The translations under genes were made by a program, and so were the position numbers. Below, one piece after another: positions 1 to 12,900 of a DNA stretch of 64,000 nt. The notes under the pieces were generated by a model, which was not told the origin of the DNA, searched no databases, and saw only the letters and a list, made by a program, of their open reading frames with translations. The stretch's first letter is position 1, and each line of letters begins with the position of its first letter. The stretch is from Carcharhinus amblyrhynchos (lineage: Eukaryota), in contig OZ336871.1 in the NCBI GenBank assembly GCA_965287045.1, positions 20,212,001 through 20,276,000 on the forward strand, read 5' to 3'.

Positions 1-700
1 AAATTCGTAGAGATAATGCAAGTTACAAGATCTACCTTATACTCTAATTTTCTCAGTAAGTACATAGCCCATGTAGGCCCAGTGGTTTACAAGGGTCAGA
101 CACACCACTCTCTGAAACCAAGTGACAGATGCCACTCCGAACAATCTCTGTGGATTTCTCATCAACACCCTCGCCCCCACCAGATACTTCTCACATTGTG
201 AGCCAACTGGTCTCATTGGAACTCCTGAGTTCCATGTAATTGTTTCCAAACTCCATTCTTGAAGAACATGCTTGGAATTTTCCTCCAAACAAAGCTTTCT
301 CTCTGATGTTTTCACCAAGGATCCACCTCCAGGATTTCAACCTCTCTTAGTGTTTCATTGCCTTGGATTGTCACTTGCCAAATCTCTCAGGTATCCAGCC
401 AGTCCAACAGAATACCATCGCTTCACAGGCTGTGGTAAGGTGCCACCAAACCTTTGATTTACCTTGGACATCAGGCTTCTCGCTCAGCTGACTTTAAATC
501 TTTAAAGCTCTCTTTAACTCCAAGCACATCCTCTGCTTTTTATTTCACCAACCTTGTTTGACTTTTTGTTCTTTGTTCCTTTAGCTAACTTCCCAGACAC
601 TTTTGTTTTTGCCCCTAATCGCTAGTTTTTGGGACTTCCCTTTAGGAAATCTGCTCCCCTCATTTCCTGTCCTTTCCAGCTTCTTCTAGCTCATCTTTAA
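1..700 (-). repeat. Partial LTR-like repeat, same family as 50681..51913
   Basis: ggtcagacacaccactctctgaaaccaagtgacagatg...tggatttctc aligns by eye with about 50974-51040, and similarity continues downstream. Confidence 0.6.
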
Positions 701-721
701 AGGATACCCAGATTTCCAATT

Positions 722-1252
722 TTTGATTTCAATTATTATTGTATTTTTAGCATGCTATACAGACAAAGCATACCGTATATAGGGAAGAAAAGGAGACAGT
801 GCAGAATGTAATGTTACTGTCATAGCTAGGGTGTAGAAAAAGACCAACTTAATGCGAGGTAGATCCATTCAAAAGCCTGAAGGCAGTAGGGAAGAAGCTG
901 CTTTTGAGTTGGTTGGTACATGATCTCAGAGTTTTGTATCCTATTCCTGATGGAAGAAGGTGGAAGAGAGTGTGTTGGGGTCATTGATTATGCTGACTGC
1001 TTTTCCGAAGCAGCAGGAAGTGTAGACAGTGTTGATGGACGAGAGGCTGGATTGACTGATGGACAGGGCTTCATTCATGATCCTTTCTAGTTTCTTGTGG
1101 TCTTGGACAGAGCAGGAGCTATACTAAGCTGTGATACAACCAGAAAGAATGTTTTCTATGGTGCATCTGTCAAAGTTGGTGAGAGTTGTAGCTGACATGC
1201 CAAATTTCCTTAGTCTTCTGAGAAAGTAGAGATGTTGGTGGGCCTTCTTAAC
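722..1252 (-). mobile_element. Rex1/Babar-type LINE 3' fragment
   Basis: ORF 1124..1309 (KKAHQHLYFLRRLRKFGMS...IENILSGCIT) is a typical Rex/Babar RT C-terminus. Related copies at about 12580-12810 (+) and 55660-56655 (-). Confidence 0.75.
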
Positions 1253-3772
1253 TAAAGGACCCCTTCCACTGCACCCCCCGCCCAAATGGAGGAGGGAAAC
1301 TCTCTTCATTCCTGTACCACCACAATTAGAAGAGCAATCTCACCCCTCCCCTAGTGATAAGGAAAAACACCTGCAATGGAGCTCCTCCTGGCACTGCCCT
1401 CTGTCACTGGCAGGGGGTACTACCAGTGTGCCAGAAGCAATGTCCGGCAAAACTCGGAGACCATATTTAACCGTTCACCCCCGGTATAGTCACCTTGACT
1501 GGTTTTTGTTTTTGAAAACCAGTCTCGAACAATGGCATCATGTCACACAGCTGGCTGGGACCTTTCGCTGAGGGTAGAAGTAGTGGCGGCAAGCTTGCTA
1601 CTTTAATGTTAATTCATGCAAATCAGGCTTGCGTCCTTCTTGGGATTTGCACTCGTGGTGAATGGTGGATTTCAAGTGTTGGTTTTGGAGGTGATGATAG
1701 AGTTAAAGAAAAGAGTTTGGCACCTGAAGTGAGAAACCCGTTGACAATATCAGCTACCATACAGTTCAATAGAGGCAGTTGAATGGTCAGGATTTTGTGT
1801 GGATATAGAATAAAGGCAGCAGGAGATGGGATAGTGGGCAATTTGAGTTTACAGAGGGCATGAGGGGAAATAAGATTAACTAGAGCAAGATGAGAGCTCA
1901 AGGTAGGGGGAAACTTTAGAGGATGTTTGGCCCAGCAGGGGTCATACAGGACTCGTAACACTGGTGGGATTTCATGGCCTTGCTCGGGTGAGACCAGAAA
2001 TTCCCACCTGAGGTCAATGGAGTTTTACATTGTTGGTCCATCACCCGCTCCGATTCCATGGTGGGAGAATTCCGGCTACCAATGCTGCCAGACTACTGAG
2101 CTTTTCCAGAATTTTCTTATTTTATTACTACTGCCCTCAATGACAAAGGACAAAACCTCTTCTGCATTCACCATAATTGGTAAAGGGATTGCCTACTTTT
2201 TATGTAGTTTATTACTAAGCATTGGGCTCTTGGGCTAGCCCGTGTATTGTCTAGAAGCAGTACAGCCTGATTAACACTTCAGATTTATTTGAAAACATCC
2301 AAGAATGAAAGCAATCCAAAACTGCATTTCTCTTATTTACATTAGACAGTGCAAACATTGACGGCGTGCAACAAAAACAGAAAATGCTGGAAAATCTCAG
2401 TGGGTCTGATTAGCATCTGTGGAGAGAGAATAGAGCCAATGTTTTGAGTCTGGATGAGCCTTCAGCAGAGCTACTGAGATTTTCCAGCACTTAGATCCCA
2501 GCATCCATAGTATTTTGCTTTTATATTATTGAGAGTGCATCAGTTTTCCTGCATAATTGCCAATAACCCCATGGCATGCTTGTATTTGAGTTGAATAACC
2601 TGTTCCAAAGTTCAAAGCTAAGCCTACTTGTGACACTAATAAATAAACTTAAGTTAACACTGCAGTGAAGTTACTGTGAAAATCCTCCAGTCACCACACT
2701 TTGGCGCCTGTTTGGGTACACTGAGGGAGAATTTAGCATGGCCAATGGACTGTGGAAGGAAACAAGAGCAGCTAGAGGAAACCCATGTAGACATGGGGAG
2801 AACATGCAGACTCTGCACACAGTCCTCCAAGCCATGGTCATTTTTGGAGACTTTGATCAGAGAGACTCTCTATTCAGAAAACAGGGTGCATATCCCGACC
2901 TTCCTGAACTTTGATCTTCTTTGCCTTGCCTTGAGGGGCAATAAATTATCAGTCTGGGTGTGTATGTCATTGTGTTGCTGAGAGAAACAAACAGCAGTAA
3001 CTATTCTAACTGTAGATATGCTGCATAACCAGCAAGGTATAATCCAATAGTAATTCACCATGGACCAAAAGGCTTCAATTTTGCTACAGTTAAACAGACA
3101 TGTCAGATGAAACATTTCCCTTGTCCCTGACTGGCACAGTCCCACACTATCTCAACAAATCAATAGCTCCTTTCAGGGACAAGAGAGTAACTGATGTGGA
3201 GAATGGAAATGTACCTTTGGGGTTAAGATTGTAATGGAGTGAAATTGCTCTTCACCCTGGATCCTTCCTGACCTGGTATTAGACATGGCAACACAACAAA
3301 ATCCACAAATAGCAGTCTAATCATGCTAATTTTTTTTAAGTGCTGGTTCAGAGGTCAGTATTGGCTGGGGAGAACTACCCTGTATCATTGATTAAATTTG
3401 TATCAGCTTATTCTAGAGCACAGTGCTTCCAAAAACGATCTTAGGCTGATAGCTGGTGCTATGTCTGCAGACCCAAGTGGTCACCTGAAGATGTGATGAC
3501 GTGACTACAAAAAGGGTCATGTGAAAGGAGCACAGGAGTTCTCTCCTGAGTGCAGGAGAGTATAAACATGACATAGCTGCTCTGCCAGTGAATAAACTAC
3601 TCTGTGAGAAGTCCTTGTTATCAGTGTTTCAGGAACCTAGCACATTTCCAATACAAATTGGAGCAGTAATGGCATAAAGAATTACTTCAGCCTTGATTAC
3701 AACATTTACCAATCCATAATCTGAATTATTCCAAATGGTTGTTCACAAATTGTGTTTTCTTTACATTTTAAG

Positions 3773-3923
3773 TTGGCCGCTGAAGATACTGCCACTGGCC
3801 AGTTGGCCACACTGGAAGAATCAAAATTAACATCTGCACCCAGATCTTACTTGACATCTAAAGAACAAACCGCGGAGGAGGACATGGAGGAGACGGAGTC
3901 AGTCGTCACAGAGGGCAACACAG
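3773..3923 (+). CDS. ZNFX1: ZNFX1-like exon, acidic linker (LAAEDTATG...EGNT)
   Basis: ttttaag| acceptor and ACAG|gtaatg donor. Open frame ending in phase 1, matching the next exon. No recognisable sequence homology, so support is splice-based only. Confidence 0.65.
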
Positions 3924-6900
3924 GTAATGTAGAAAATTCTAATTCTACCAAAATCTTAATTCACATCAAGAACATAAGAAATAGGAGCAGGAGTAGGCCA
4001 TCTAGCCCTTCGAGTCTGCCCAGCCATTCAATAAGATCATGGCTGATCTGAAGTGGATTAGTTCCACTTTCCCGCCCTCTCCCCATAACGCTTAATTCCC
4101 TTATTGATCAGAAATCAATCTACCCGTGACTTAAACATATTCAACAAGGTAGCCTCCACCACTTCAATGGGCGGAGAATTCCAGAGATTCACCACCCTCT
4201 GAGATAAGAAGTTCCTCCTCAACTCTGTTCTAAACTGCAACCACCCCCCCCCCCTTATTTTGAGGCTGTGCCCTCTAGATCAAGATCTAAATAAATTCGA
4301 TGCATAGTTTCTGGGTGACTGTATCAAGGAATGTTTATCACATCCTGATTAATGTCAACTTATCGTTGGTCCCCATCAATAGCAAAAAGCAAAAGATTTT
4401 TCATTTTAGTTTCTGCATTGTTTTGCTTCATAATCAAGAAATACACTCCAGAGATGTGCGGGTTAGGTTGATTGGACATGCCTAAATTGCACCTTAACGG
4501 GGACTAGCAGAGGGTGTTATGGGGCTAGGGCCTGGGTGGGATTGTTGGTTCGATGGGCCAAATGGCTGCCTTTTGCACTGTAAGGATTCTACTTCCTGAT
4601 TTCTTTCAGCAAGCACCAGCGATCTGTCTGATGAGGAAGAGCAAACGGAGGATGAAAATGAACTGATTCATGTGACTGAGGAAGTTGAGCTGTTGCAAGC
4701 GGAGAGGATGATCGGGGATGATAACCTTCAGAAACAAGTGAAGAGTGCAACTGCCCGCCTGGCTGCAATCCGGCAAAAGTTTCTGGCCTTTCAGTCTGAT
4801 GACGATGAAGGCACTGCCAAATCGCAAGCTGGCAGTGAGGAGGAGGAGGAGGGTGGTGATGCTGAATGGAAGGTAATTTTTTAAAAAGTTTATTTCTGGG
4901 CTGCGGATACTATTGACAAAGGCCATTTATTGCTCAATCATAGTTCTCCCCCTCCAGAAGAAAAGGAATAACTTGTATTTATACAATATAGAATCCCTAC
5001 AATGCAGAAGGAGGCCATTCAGCCCATCAAGTTTGCACTGATTCTCCAAACGAACGTCTCACCCAGGCTCAGCCCTGTTACCATAACCCCACCATGGCTA
5101 ATCCATCTAACCTGCACATCCCGCGACACTAAGGGGCAATTTAACATGGTTAATCCACTTAACCAACGTATAAGATGATGAATGGGATGGATAGGATAGA
5201 GGTGGAGAGACTCTTCCCGCTCAGAAAGGACAGTAGGACTAGGGGGCACAGCCTCAAGATAAAGGGGGGGCAGTTTAGAACGGAGTTGAGGAAGAACTTC
5301 TTCACTCAAAGGGTGGTGAATCTCTGGAATTCTCTGCCCGTTGAAGTGGTGGAGGCTGCCTCGCTAAATATTTTTAAGACGCGTGTTGATGGGTTTTTGG
5401 TAAGAGAGGGGATTAAGGGTTATGGGGAGAGGGCGGGAAGGTGGAACTGAGCCACGACAGATCAGCCATGATCTTATTGAATGGCGGGGCAGGCTGTAGG
5501 GGCCAGATGGCCTACTCCTGCTCCTATTTCTTATGTTCTTATGTCTTTGGACTGCAAGAGGAAACCAGAGCACCCAGAGGAAACCCATGCAGACACGGGG
5601 AGAATATGCAAACTCTACACTGACAGTGACCCACGCCGGGAATTGAACCAGGCCCCTGGCGCTGTGAGGCAGCAGTGCTAACCCATGCCCCATCATGACC
5701 TCTAGATGTTCTATAGAATTTTACAGCTAATGAAGAATTGTGTTGAAATCTCTGTTACTCTGTGGGAAACATGGCAGCCAAATTTAGCAAAGTAAGGCCC
5801 AGAAAAGCCAATAATTTGTTTCAGTCATGTTGATTGAGGGATACTCATTGGCTAGCACAGTGCCAAGCTCCCCTGCTTTTCTTAAATGGTGTCGTGTGAT
5901 CAGACAGGGGCCTCTAAGCTGAGTGGCTGTACTTGGACAATGTAGCACTGCCGCAGTTCATGCTGGAGCTTTGCTTCTTGAACTGCTGTGGCCCATATGG
6001 GGCAGGAACAGCCACAACACAGTCCAGCAAGGACCACCAGCATTTTGACCATATCATGTAAAGAACTGGTGATACTTATTCGAGCCAGGATGGTGTACAA
6101 TTTAGAGGGGAACTTGGGGATTATTGGGTTACTATGGACCTGCTGCCCTTGCCTCCTAATTGGTGGAATTTTGGATTGTCCATGCTGTTAAAGATGTAAT
6201 TCAGGCTTCAGTTAGGGTTGGGAAGTTGGGACAATGTCAACATGTTGTTTGGTTGCCTCCTTGGGCTAACCCAAGAAGCATTGGGAGTATTGTGCAGCAC
6301 AGTGGTTTGCATTGCTGCCTCTCAGCGCCAGGGACTCGAGTTCAATGTCGGTTTGGGTGACTGTAGTTTCTCTTTCACCCTCCATTCCTATTCTTGCCTG
6401 AAGCTGCAGCACAGAACTCAGCTGTGTTGTATTTTTAGGGTGCTTTATGATGCTTCCATCTCTTTCCATCCTGCCGTGGGTTAACGTGGTCCCTATATGA
6501 GCCCTTGCTGTGCTTTCACTCCGTTATGTGAATGAGCCCCGGCCCAAAAAGCAAGTCAGTGTTCAAATCATGTTAGAAGGTCAGAGGTTTGTTGGGAAGA
6601 GAATCTTAGCCAATTATTGCAGAGGAATAGCCAGCTGGCAGAATTTTCCTCGGAATCTGTTTCATTGAAAATGCAACATGGCTGCATTACGAATGGAAAA
6701 CTTGCTGCAACAGGCTCAGCTGCACAGAATGGAACCAACTTTCAACACAGTTGGTCACCATACATAAAATGTACGTGACAGAAGCAGGCCATTGAGCTCA
6801 ACTGATCTACGCCAGTATTTATGTTGCTCATCCACCTCCTTCCATCCCTCTTCACCTCACTATCAAGATATTTCTTTCTTCGTCATGTACTCACCTCGCT

Positions 6901-9900
6901 TCCCCTTAAACACATCCAGGATGCTAATCACCCTAATTTCCTCTCGGTGGTAGTGAGTTCCATATTCTAACCAGGGTCTGGGTAAACAAATTTCTCCTGA
7001 GTGCCTATTGAATTTAGAAGTGAGTATCTTATGTTTGGCAGGTCTTGTAGCACAATGGGTAACATCCAGCTGCTTCTAAGCCAGAATACAACTTCCTTGG
7101 CCATCAAGCCCTGGTTCAAGTCCCACCCCAGGATTGATGGCCAACGAAGTTGCATTCATACATCGGGTTGAGTTTCAGTCCTTCCAAGACACTCAAGTAG
7201 CACATTAAGAGTGAGAGAAATTCCTGGTTAGCCATGTGATGGAAATGATTTTTGGGAGCCTCTTCCATCACCATCCATAGCTCCAGATCATAGCATGCAT
7301 GTAAATAAATGCATGTTGCCACAACAGCTCCCCGAGTGCACTGTAACATATATTTATAGCGCCTACTTTTGGATTCTCCCAGAAATGGAACATCTCCTTC
7401 AGAAAGAAAGATAAGGAATGATTGAATAAAACTGTTGCAGCATTTGCACGTTAAAAAGGGAATGAACTCACTATACAAGGCATTGAAGTCTGGTTTGGAG
7501 TTCAAAGATATTTTGAGGAGGCACTCTCCAAATCTGGGATTTACACCAGCTAGCATTCAGCAGCAATGATTGTGAAACTATTGTTTTAACCTTCAAAAAG
7601 TTTATAAAGTTTTAAATATCACAGGCACTCCAGTGAACATTGACCTTTTTTAATGCTGTTTGAAATATAACAGGGCAGACAAAATCACACTGTTCCCAGC
7701 TGTTCAGGGCTCAAGGTTTAGGGACCATAGATAGAAGATTAAATGTTAAGAGATTTCAAACCAACAGAATAGAAAACTTCTTTACCAGTGGTGCAGTGGG
7801 TGTGGCGACCAGGGGGCATTTGCAGTAACTTAATTGCCGTGTTAATGTAAGCCTACTTGTGACAGTAATAAAAATTAACTTTAAATAAACTGCTGCCTTA
7901 CAACATCAGGGACCCAGGTTCAATTCCATGGATGACTGTCTGTGTGGAGTTTGCACGTTCTCCTCATATCTGCATGGATTTCCTCCAGGTGCTCCAGTTT
8001 CCTCCCACAGTCCAAAGATGCGCAGGTTAGGTTGATTGGCCATGAAAAATTGCCCCTTAGTATCAGGGGGATGAGCAGGGTAAATATATGGGGCTATGGG
8101 GAAAGAGCCTGGGTGGGATTGTTACTGGTGTATGCTCGATGGGCTGAATGGCCACCTTCTGCACATTGGGGTTCTATGATCCTATATAAATTGAAAGGTT
8201 GTGGAATTCACTTCCAGGATTGGGGCTTGGGGCAGAAACATTTCAACATTCAGTGGTAGGTTGGACAAGTGGGTCAAGGTGAGAGAGGTGGAGGATAATG
8301 GGATCAGGGTGAATAAATGTGATTAGTGTTAATTGGTCACATGGAGAATAAAGACCAACACCAACTGGTTGGATTGAGTATCCTATTTCATGCAAAAGGC
8401 TGTGTATTTCCATGTGGGACAATGGCTTATCACTAACTTCTCAAGCTTAACAGGGATCTTTGTTCAAACTGGAGTGGAAAATCTGTTCCAGATGTGCACA
8501 GAGTCAGAATTATAGTTGTGTTTCAGTTAAAACTGCTCTGAAGCGGGTGCTAGCATCATATTGCACGACTAAATGCAATGAATTTTCTAGGTTCAATTTG
8601 ATGAGAAAAATACTAAAGAACTTCATGGTTTCCCCTCATCACTAGCTCTCACTGTAATGACTGTCTCTCTGCTGTTTTTATCAATAGAAGGTAACGAAAA
8701 GTAAGAAAAAGATGCGAGCAATGGTGAAGAAACAGCTGAAGTGCACTGACCACATGCCAGAAGATGAAGCCAACAACATAGATAACGTTTGGGAACTCGC
8801 ATTGCGCGATCGCTGGAAACTATACAGGTTTAATCACTCATTTACTCAGAATTCATTGTGCTTGGGGTGATCTGTAAATTGTATCCTTTTAGATCAAATA
8901 TTTATTTTCAAAAGAGAACATTTTGGTATCCTCTACCCTGCCACTACCCACTCACTCCTCCAACTGCTGCTGTCAAAATAAAACCTCCTAAGAAAATTTA
9001 ATGCATCCTGATAATCTCAACAACGTTGCTGGTATATTGTGGGTGGAATGAAATGTTTGTACAATCTGTCACTTTGTCCTTTGCCCCTCTCCACGTGCCT
9101 TTTATACTGTCTTGGTAGCTCGTGCTTTTTCATAGAATCATAGAGACCATACAGTGCAGAAAGAAGCCATTCAGCCCAAGGAGCCTATACTAGCAAAAAT
9201 CCCACCCAGGTCATGTCTGTGTAACCCCATGTATTTATGCTGCTAATCTCCCTGACACTAAGGTGCATTCGAGCATGGCCAATCAACCTAACCCACGCAT
9301 ATTTGGACTGTGGGAGAAACCCGGAGGAAACCCACGCAGACACAGGGAGAATGTGCAAACTGCACACAGACAGTTGCCCAAGGCCGGAATTGAATCCAGG
9401 TCCTTGGCACTGTGAGATAGCAGAGTTAGCCACTGTGCCACCCTCTTGAACGTAACTAATGGTAATCGTGGTCTTGCCTTACTTGCAAACATGCCTGCAC
9501 AAACGTTGGAACATGGTTGTACGTAGTGGCACCAGAAAACAATCTAGCAATTCACAAAAACAGGCTCATGTGCTGCACGTACTAAATGTATATCTGAGCT
9601 CCTTGTAATAAGGAAAATTCACAGGAGGTTCATTGCAAATGGTACCTTGCAATAATCTTTGAAAGATGTAACTTGTCTTCATATAACCCCCAAATTGAAT
9701 TTACATTGGTTCCTGTCCCACCAGCTAAAAGGTCGGGGGAACCCACACATGATCTCCTTGGCTATCCTGCAGCAGTTTAATGCTGAGAGTAGGATTAATT
9801 GCATTAAGGGGAGACCTCTGTCCCTAATCTCAGGTGGATATCCTATCTTAGGAGAGCTGCCAGCATTGCGCCCACTGTTGGTACCTCTGGCAGGCCTCTG

Positions 9901-12900
9901 AGGAACACAGCTAAGTCTGGGTTTGGCATTTCTGTAAGAGGAGTAGTTGGGGAGTGGGGGTGGTGGTGGTGGGGGGGGCGGGGGGAGTGGAAACAAGGTG
10001 AGAATGACCTCGGGGAGCGGTGCCTCTGGTGGGTCCAGAAGACCCCTAAAGAGGTCCCTGCCACTTGCCTGAAACCAGCCCACATAAATAAAGCTGCTAG
10101 TTTCCTTTGTGGAGTGGGACACCCTGTGTAGTGGACAGAATGTTGGTGGTAGTAGGATGAGGCCCTCAATAGATTCAAGGGCAGGTGACAGGCCTGACAC
10201 ATAGAGGTCAGGGCCGGGCAGGTAGGCAGAGGGAAAGCTGCCCACTGGATTTCAAGTGGCCTGTGCTTCAACTCTGTCAGCCAGGGAGCATCATATCCAG
10301 CCTCTCATTACAAAGATAATGCCAAAATGTCTCTAGCAATTCATTCCTTCTGGTTCTTAAATCAGTCAGTATTGGGTCCACTTCAGGAACATGAACTGGG
10401 GAAGAAACCCAAGTTGTGAGATGGGATTTTATAGCCTCGCTCGGGCAAGGCTGGGAATTCCCGCCCAAAGGCCAACAGGGAAGGTAGTAGAGTTCCGGCG
10501 GTGGTGGCATGAATGAAATCTGCTGCCCATTTGACACAATGCTTAATATTTGGTTCAATTCACTGTATTGGAACCGACATCAGGGGCTGCATATAACAGA
10601 CAGCCAATCCATTATTGCCCTTTCATAACTCCATTGGTGCTCAGTTGTTACGTATGTTCTAGACAAAAATCAATAGGCTTGTGGATGCTAAGGGAATTGA
10701 TGATATGGGGATAGTGTAGGAGAGTGAAGTTGATGTAAACCATTGACCCTGATTGTGTTGGATGGTAGAGAGGCTCAAGGGTTGAATGGCCTATTTCTGA
10801 TATTCCAATGATAGCTAGTAAGTGCCGTTATGACTCCAAAGGTTTATGGGCTGATCTTTTCATGTGTTTAAAATAATGAAGGGATGCATAATCAATGCAA
10901 ATAAATATCATGTGGCTAATTAAGCATCCCAATTAGTGTCTGGGCCAGAAGCCTGCCTATCTCCGAATTGATTAGAGAGAGTTGGGCAGACAGTGGGATC
11001 TCCACCCTGCACCCTTCTTCTCAATCATATGGCTCTGCCATTTCCCCTCCCTCCCCCCTCCCCACCAGTCTTGGATTTCAGCTCTGGGGCAAGGTGGAAT
11101 GGGGCAGGCGGGAGCATTAATCCCACTTTGCCGTCTGTCAATGAGTTGTCCAGGTGCCGGTGTAATATGGTGATTTTTATTGCAGGCTGTGGTTGTCAAA
11201 GTACCAAGTCGAAAGCAGGCGTCAAATGTTAACATATGAGGAGCAATATCAGAGAATTGTCAACCGTCTTGTTGAGCTGAGAAATCAAGAGGAAATGATA
11301 GTCCTTCGACAATCTAAAATAATGGGGATGACCACAACAGGTATACACAGCTACTTCTAACAGTGATAGCCATGATGTGAAGATGCTGGCATTGGATCGG
11401 GGTGGGCACAGTAAGAAGTCTCGCAACACCAGGTTAAAGTCCAACAGGTTTACTTGGTATCACGAGCTTTTGGAGCACTGCTCCGAATGTGACTCACCTA
11501 AAGTAAATGTTTATTTATTAGTCACAGGTAAGACTTGCATTAACACCGCAATGAAGTTACTGTGAAATTCCCCTAGTCATCGCAGTGTGGCGTCTATTTG
11601 GGTCAATGCACCTAACCAGCACCTCTTTCTGAATGTGGGAGGAAACCCACACAGACATGGGGAGAATGTGCAAACTCTACACAGACAGTGACCCAAGCTG
11701 GGAGTCGAACCTGGATCCCTGGCACTGTGAAGCAGCAATGCTAAACACTCTGTGACCCCAATGAAGGAGCAGCACTCCGAAAGCCTGTGATACCAAACAA
11801 ACCTGTTGAACTTTAACCTGGTGTTGTGAGACTTCTTACTTTAACAGTTACGGCATATTATTTCTCACATTTCCAATCTTACATATGCTACAATCAGAAA
11901 ATGTAAATTCCATTTATGATATTTGCTTTGCACAGTAAGAAAAACAAATCTATAATTCTTGTATATTTTAATATCTGATAGCTAGTTCAACAGCATTTCA
12001 TTTTCTTTCATCAACCCTATATAAAATTCCAATTGTTCCATTGAAGCATTGTGTGTACAAAAATTCCCCACTTTAGTTCTCCTGCAATACCTTTACTGAA
12101 GTAGGAGTGGTTTAGACAGCCAGGAAATAATCTACACATGATGTGGAGATGCCAACATTGGACTCAGATAAGCAGAGTAAGAAATCTCATAACACCAGGT
12201 TAACGTCCAACAGATCAATCTGTTGGACTTCATAACCTAATGTTGTGAGATTTCTTACTATAATCTACAGGGAGGAATTGGAGAGAATGACAGAAATTTG
12301 CTTTCCAATGTATTAATAGACTTTTTCTGAAATGTATAAACAAATTATTTTGACATGGTATCTTATGCATTACTTCACAAGGTTACATGAACATACTTAC
12401 TTTGACTCCCATATGAGCTTCAAGAGTGTACCTGAATGCTACCTCATCACCACTTCTCTCAACTCTTCCGCTGTTGCTAAACCATCAAACTGCTTATCCG
12501 ACATCCAATACTGGATGAGCAGAAATTTCCTTCAATTAAGTACTGGGAAAACTGATACCATTGTTTCAATCCTCAGTCTGAGATCATACACCAACTGATT
12601 CAAGAACAGCTTCTTCCCTGCTGCCATCAGACTTCTGGATGGACCTACCTCATTTAAGTTGATCTTTCTCTACACCCTAGCTATGACTATGATATTACAT
12701 TGTGCACCCTCTCCTTTCCTTCTCCATGTACGGTATACTTTGTACAGCACGCAAAAAACAATATTTTTCACTGTATCCCAATACAAATGACAATAATAAA
12801 TCAAATTAAAAGTCTGTGACTAAAGCTGTCCACTCACAACTTTGGTGCCACATTTGACTCCAAGATGAGCTTATGACATTTTATGCCATCACGAAGACCA

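Noticed and set aside
3177-3221. Possible small upstream exon (tttcag|GGACAAG...)
   Set aside because: Weak donor and no recognisable ZNFX1 similarity.
9679-10271. 188-aa and 142-aa Pro-rich ORFs (similar ones at 15725-16111 and 16648-17199)
   Set aside because: Arise from G-tract-rich repeat sequence; no domain or splice support.
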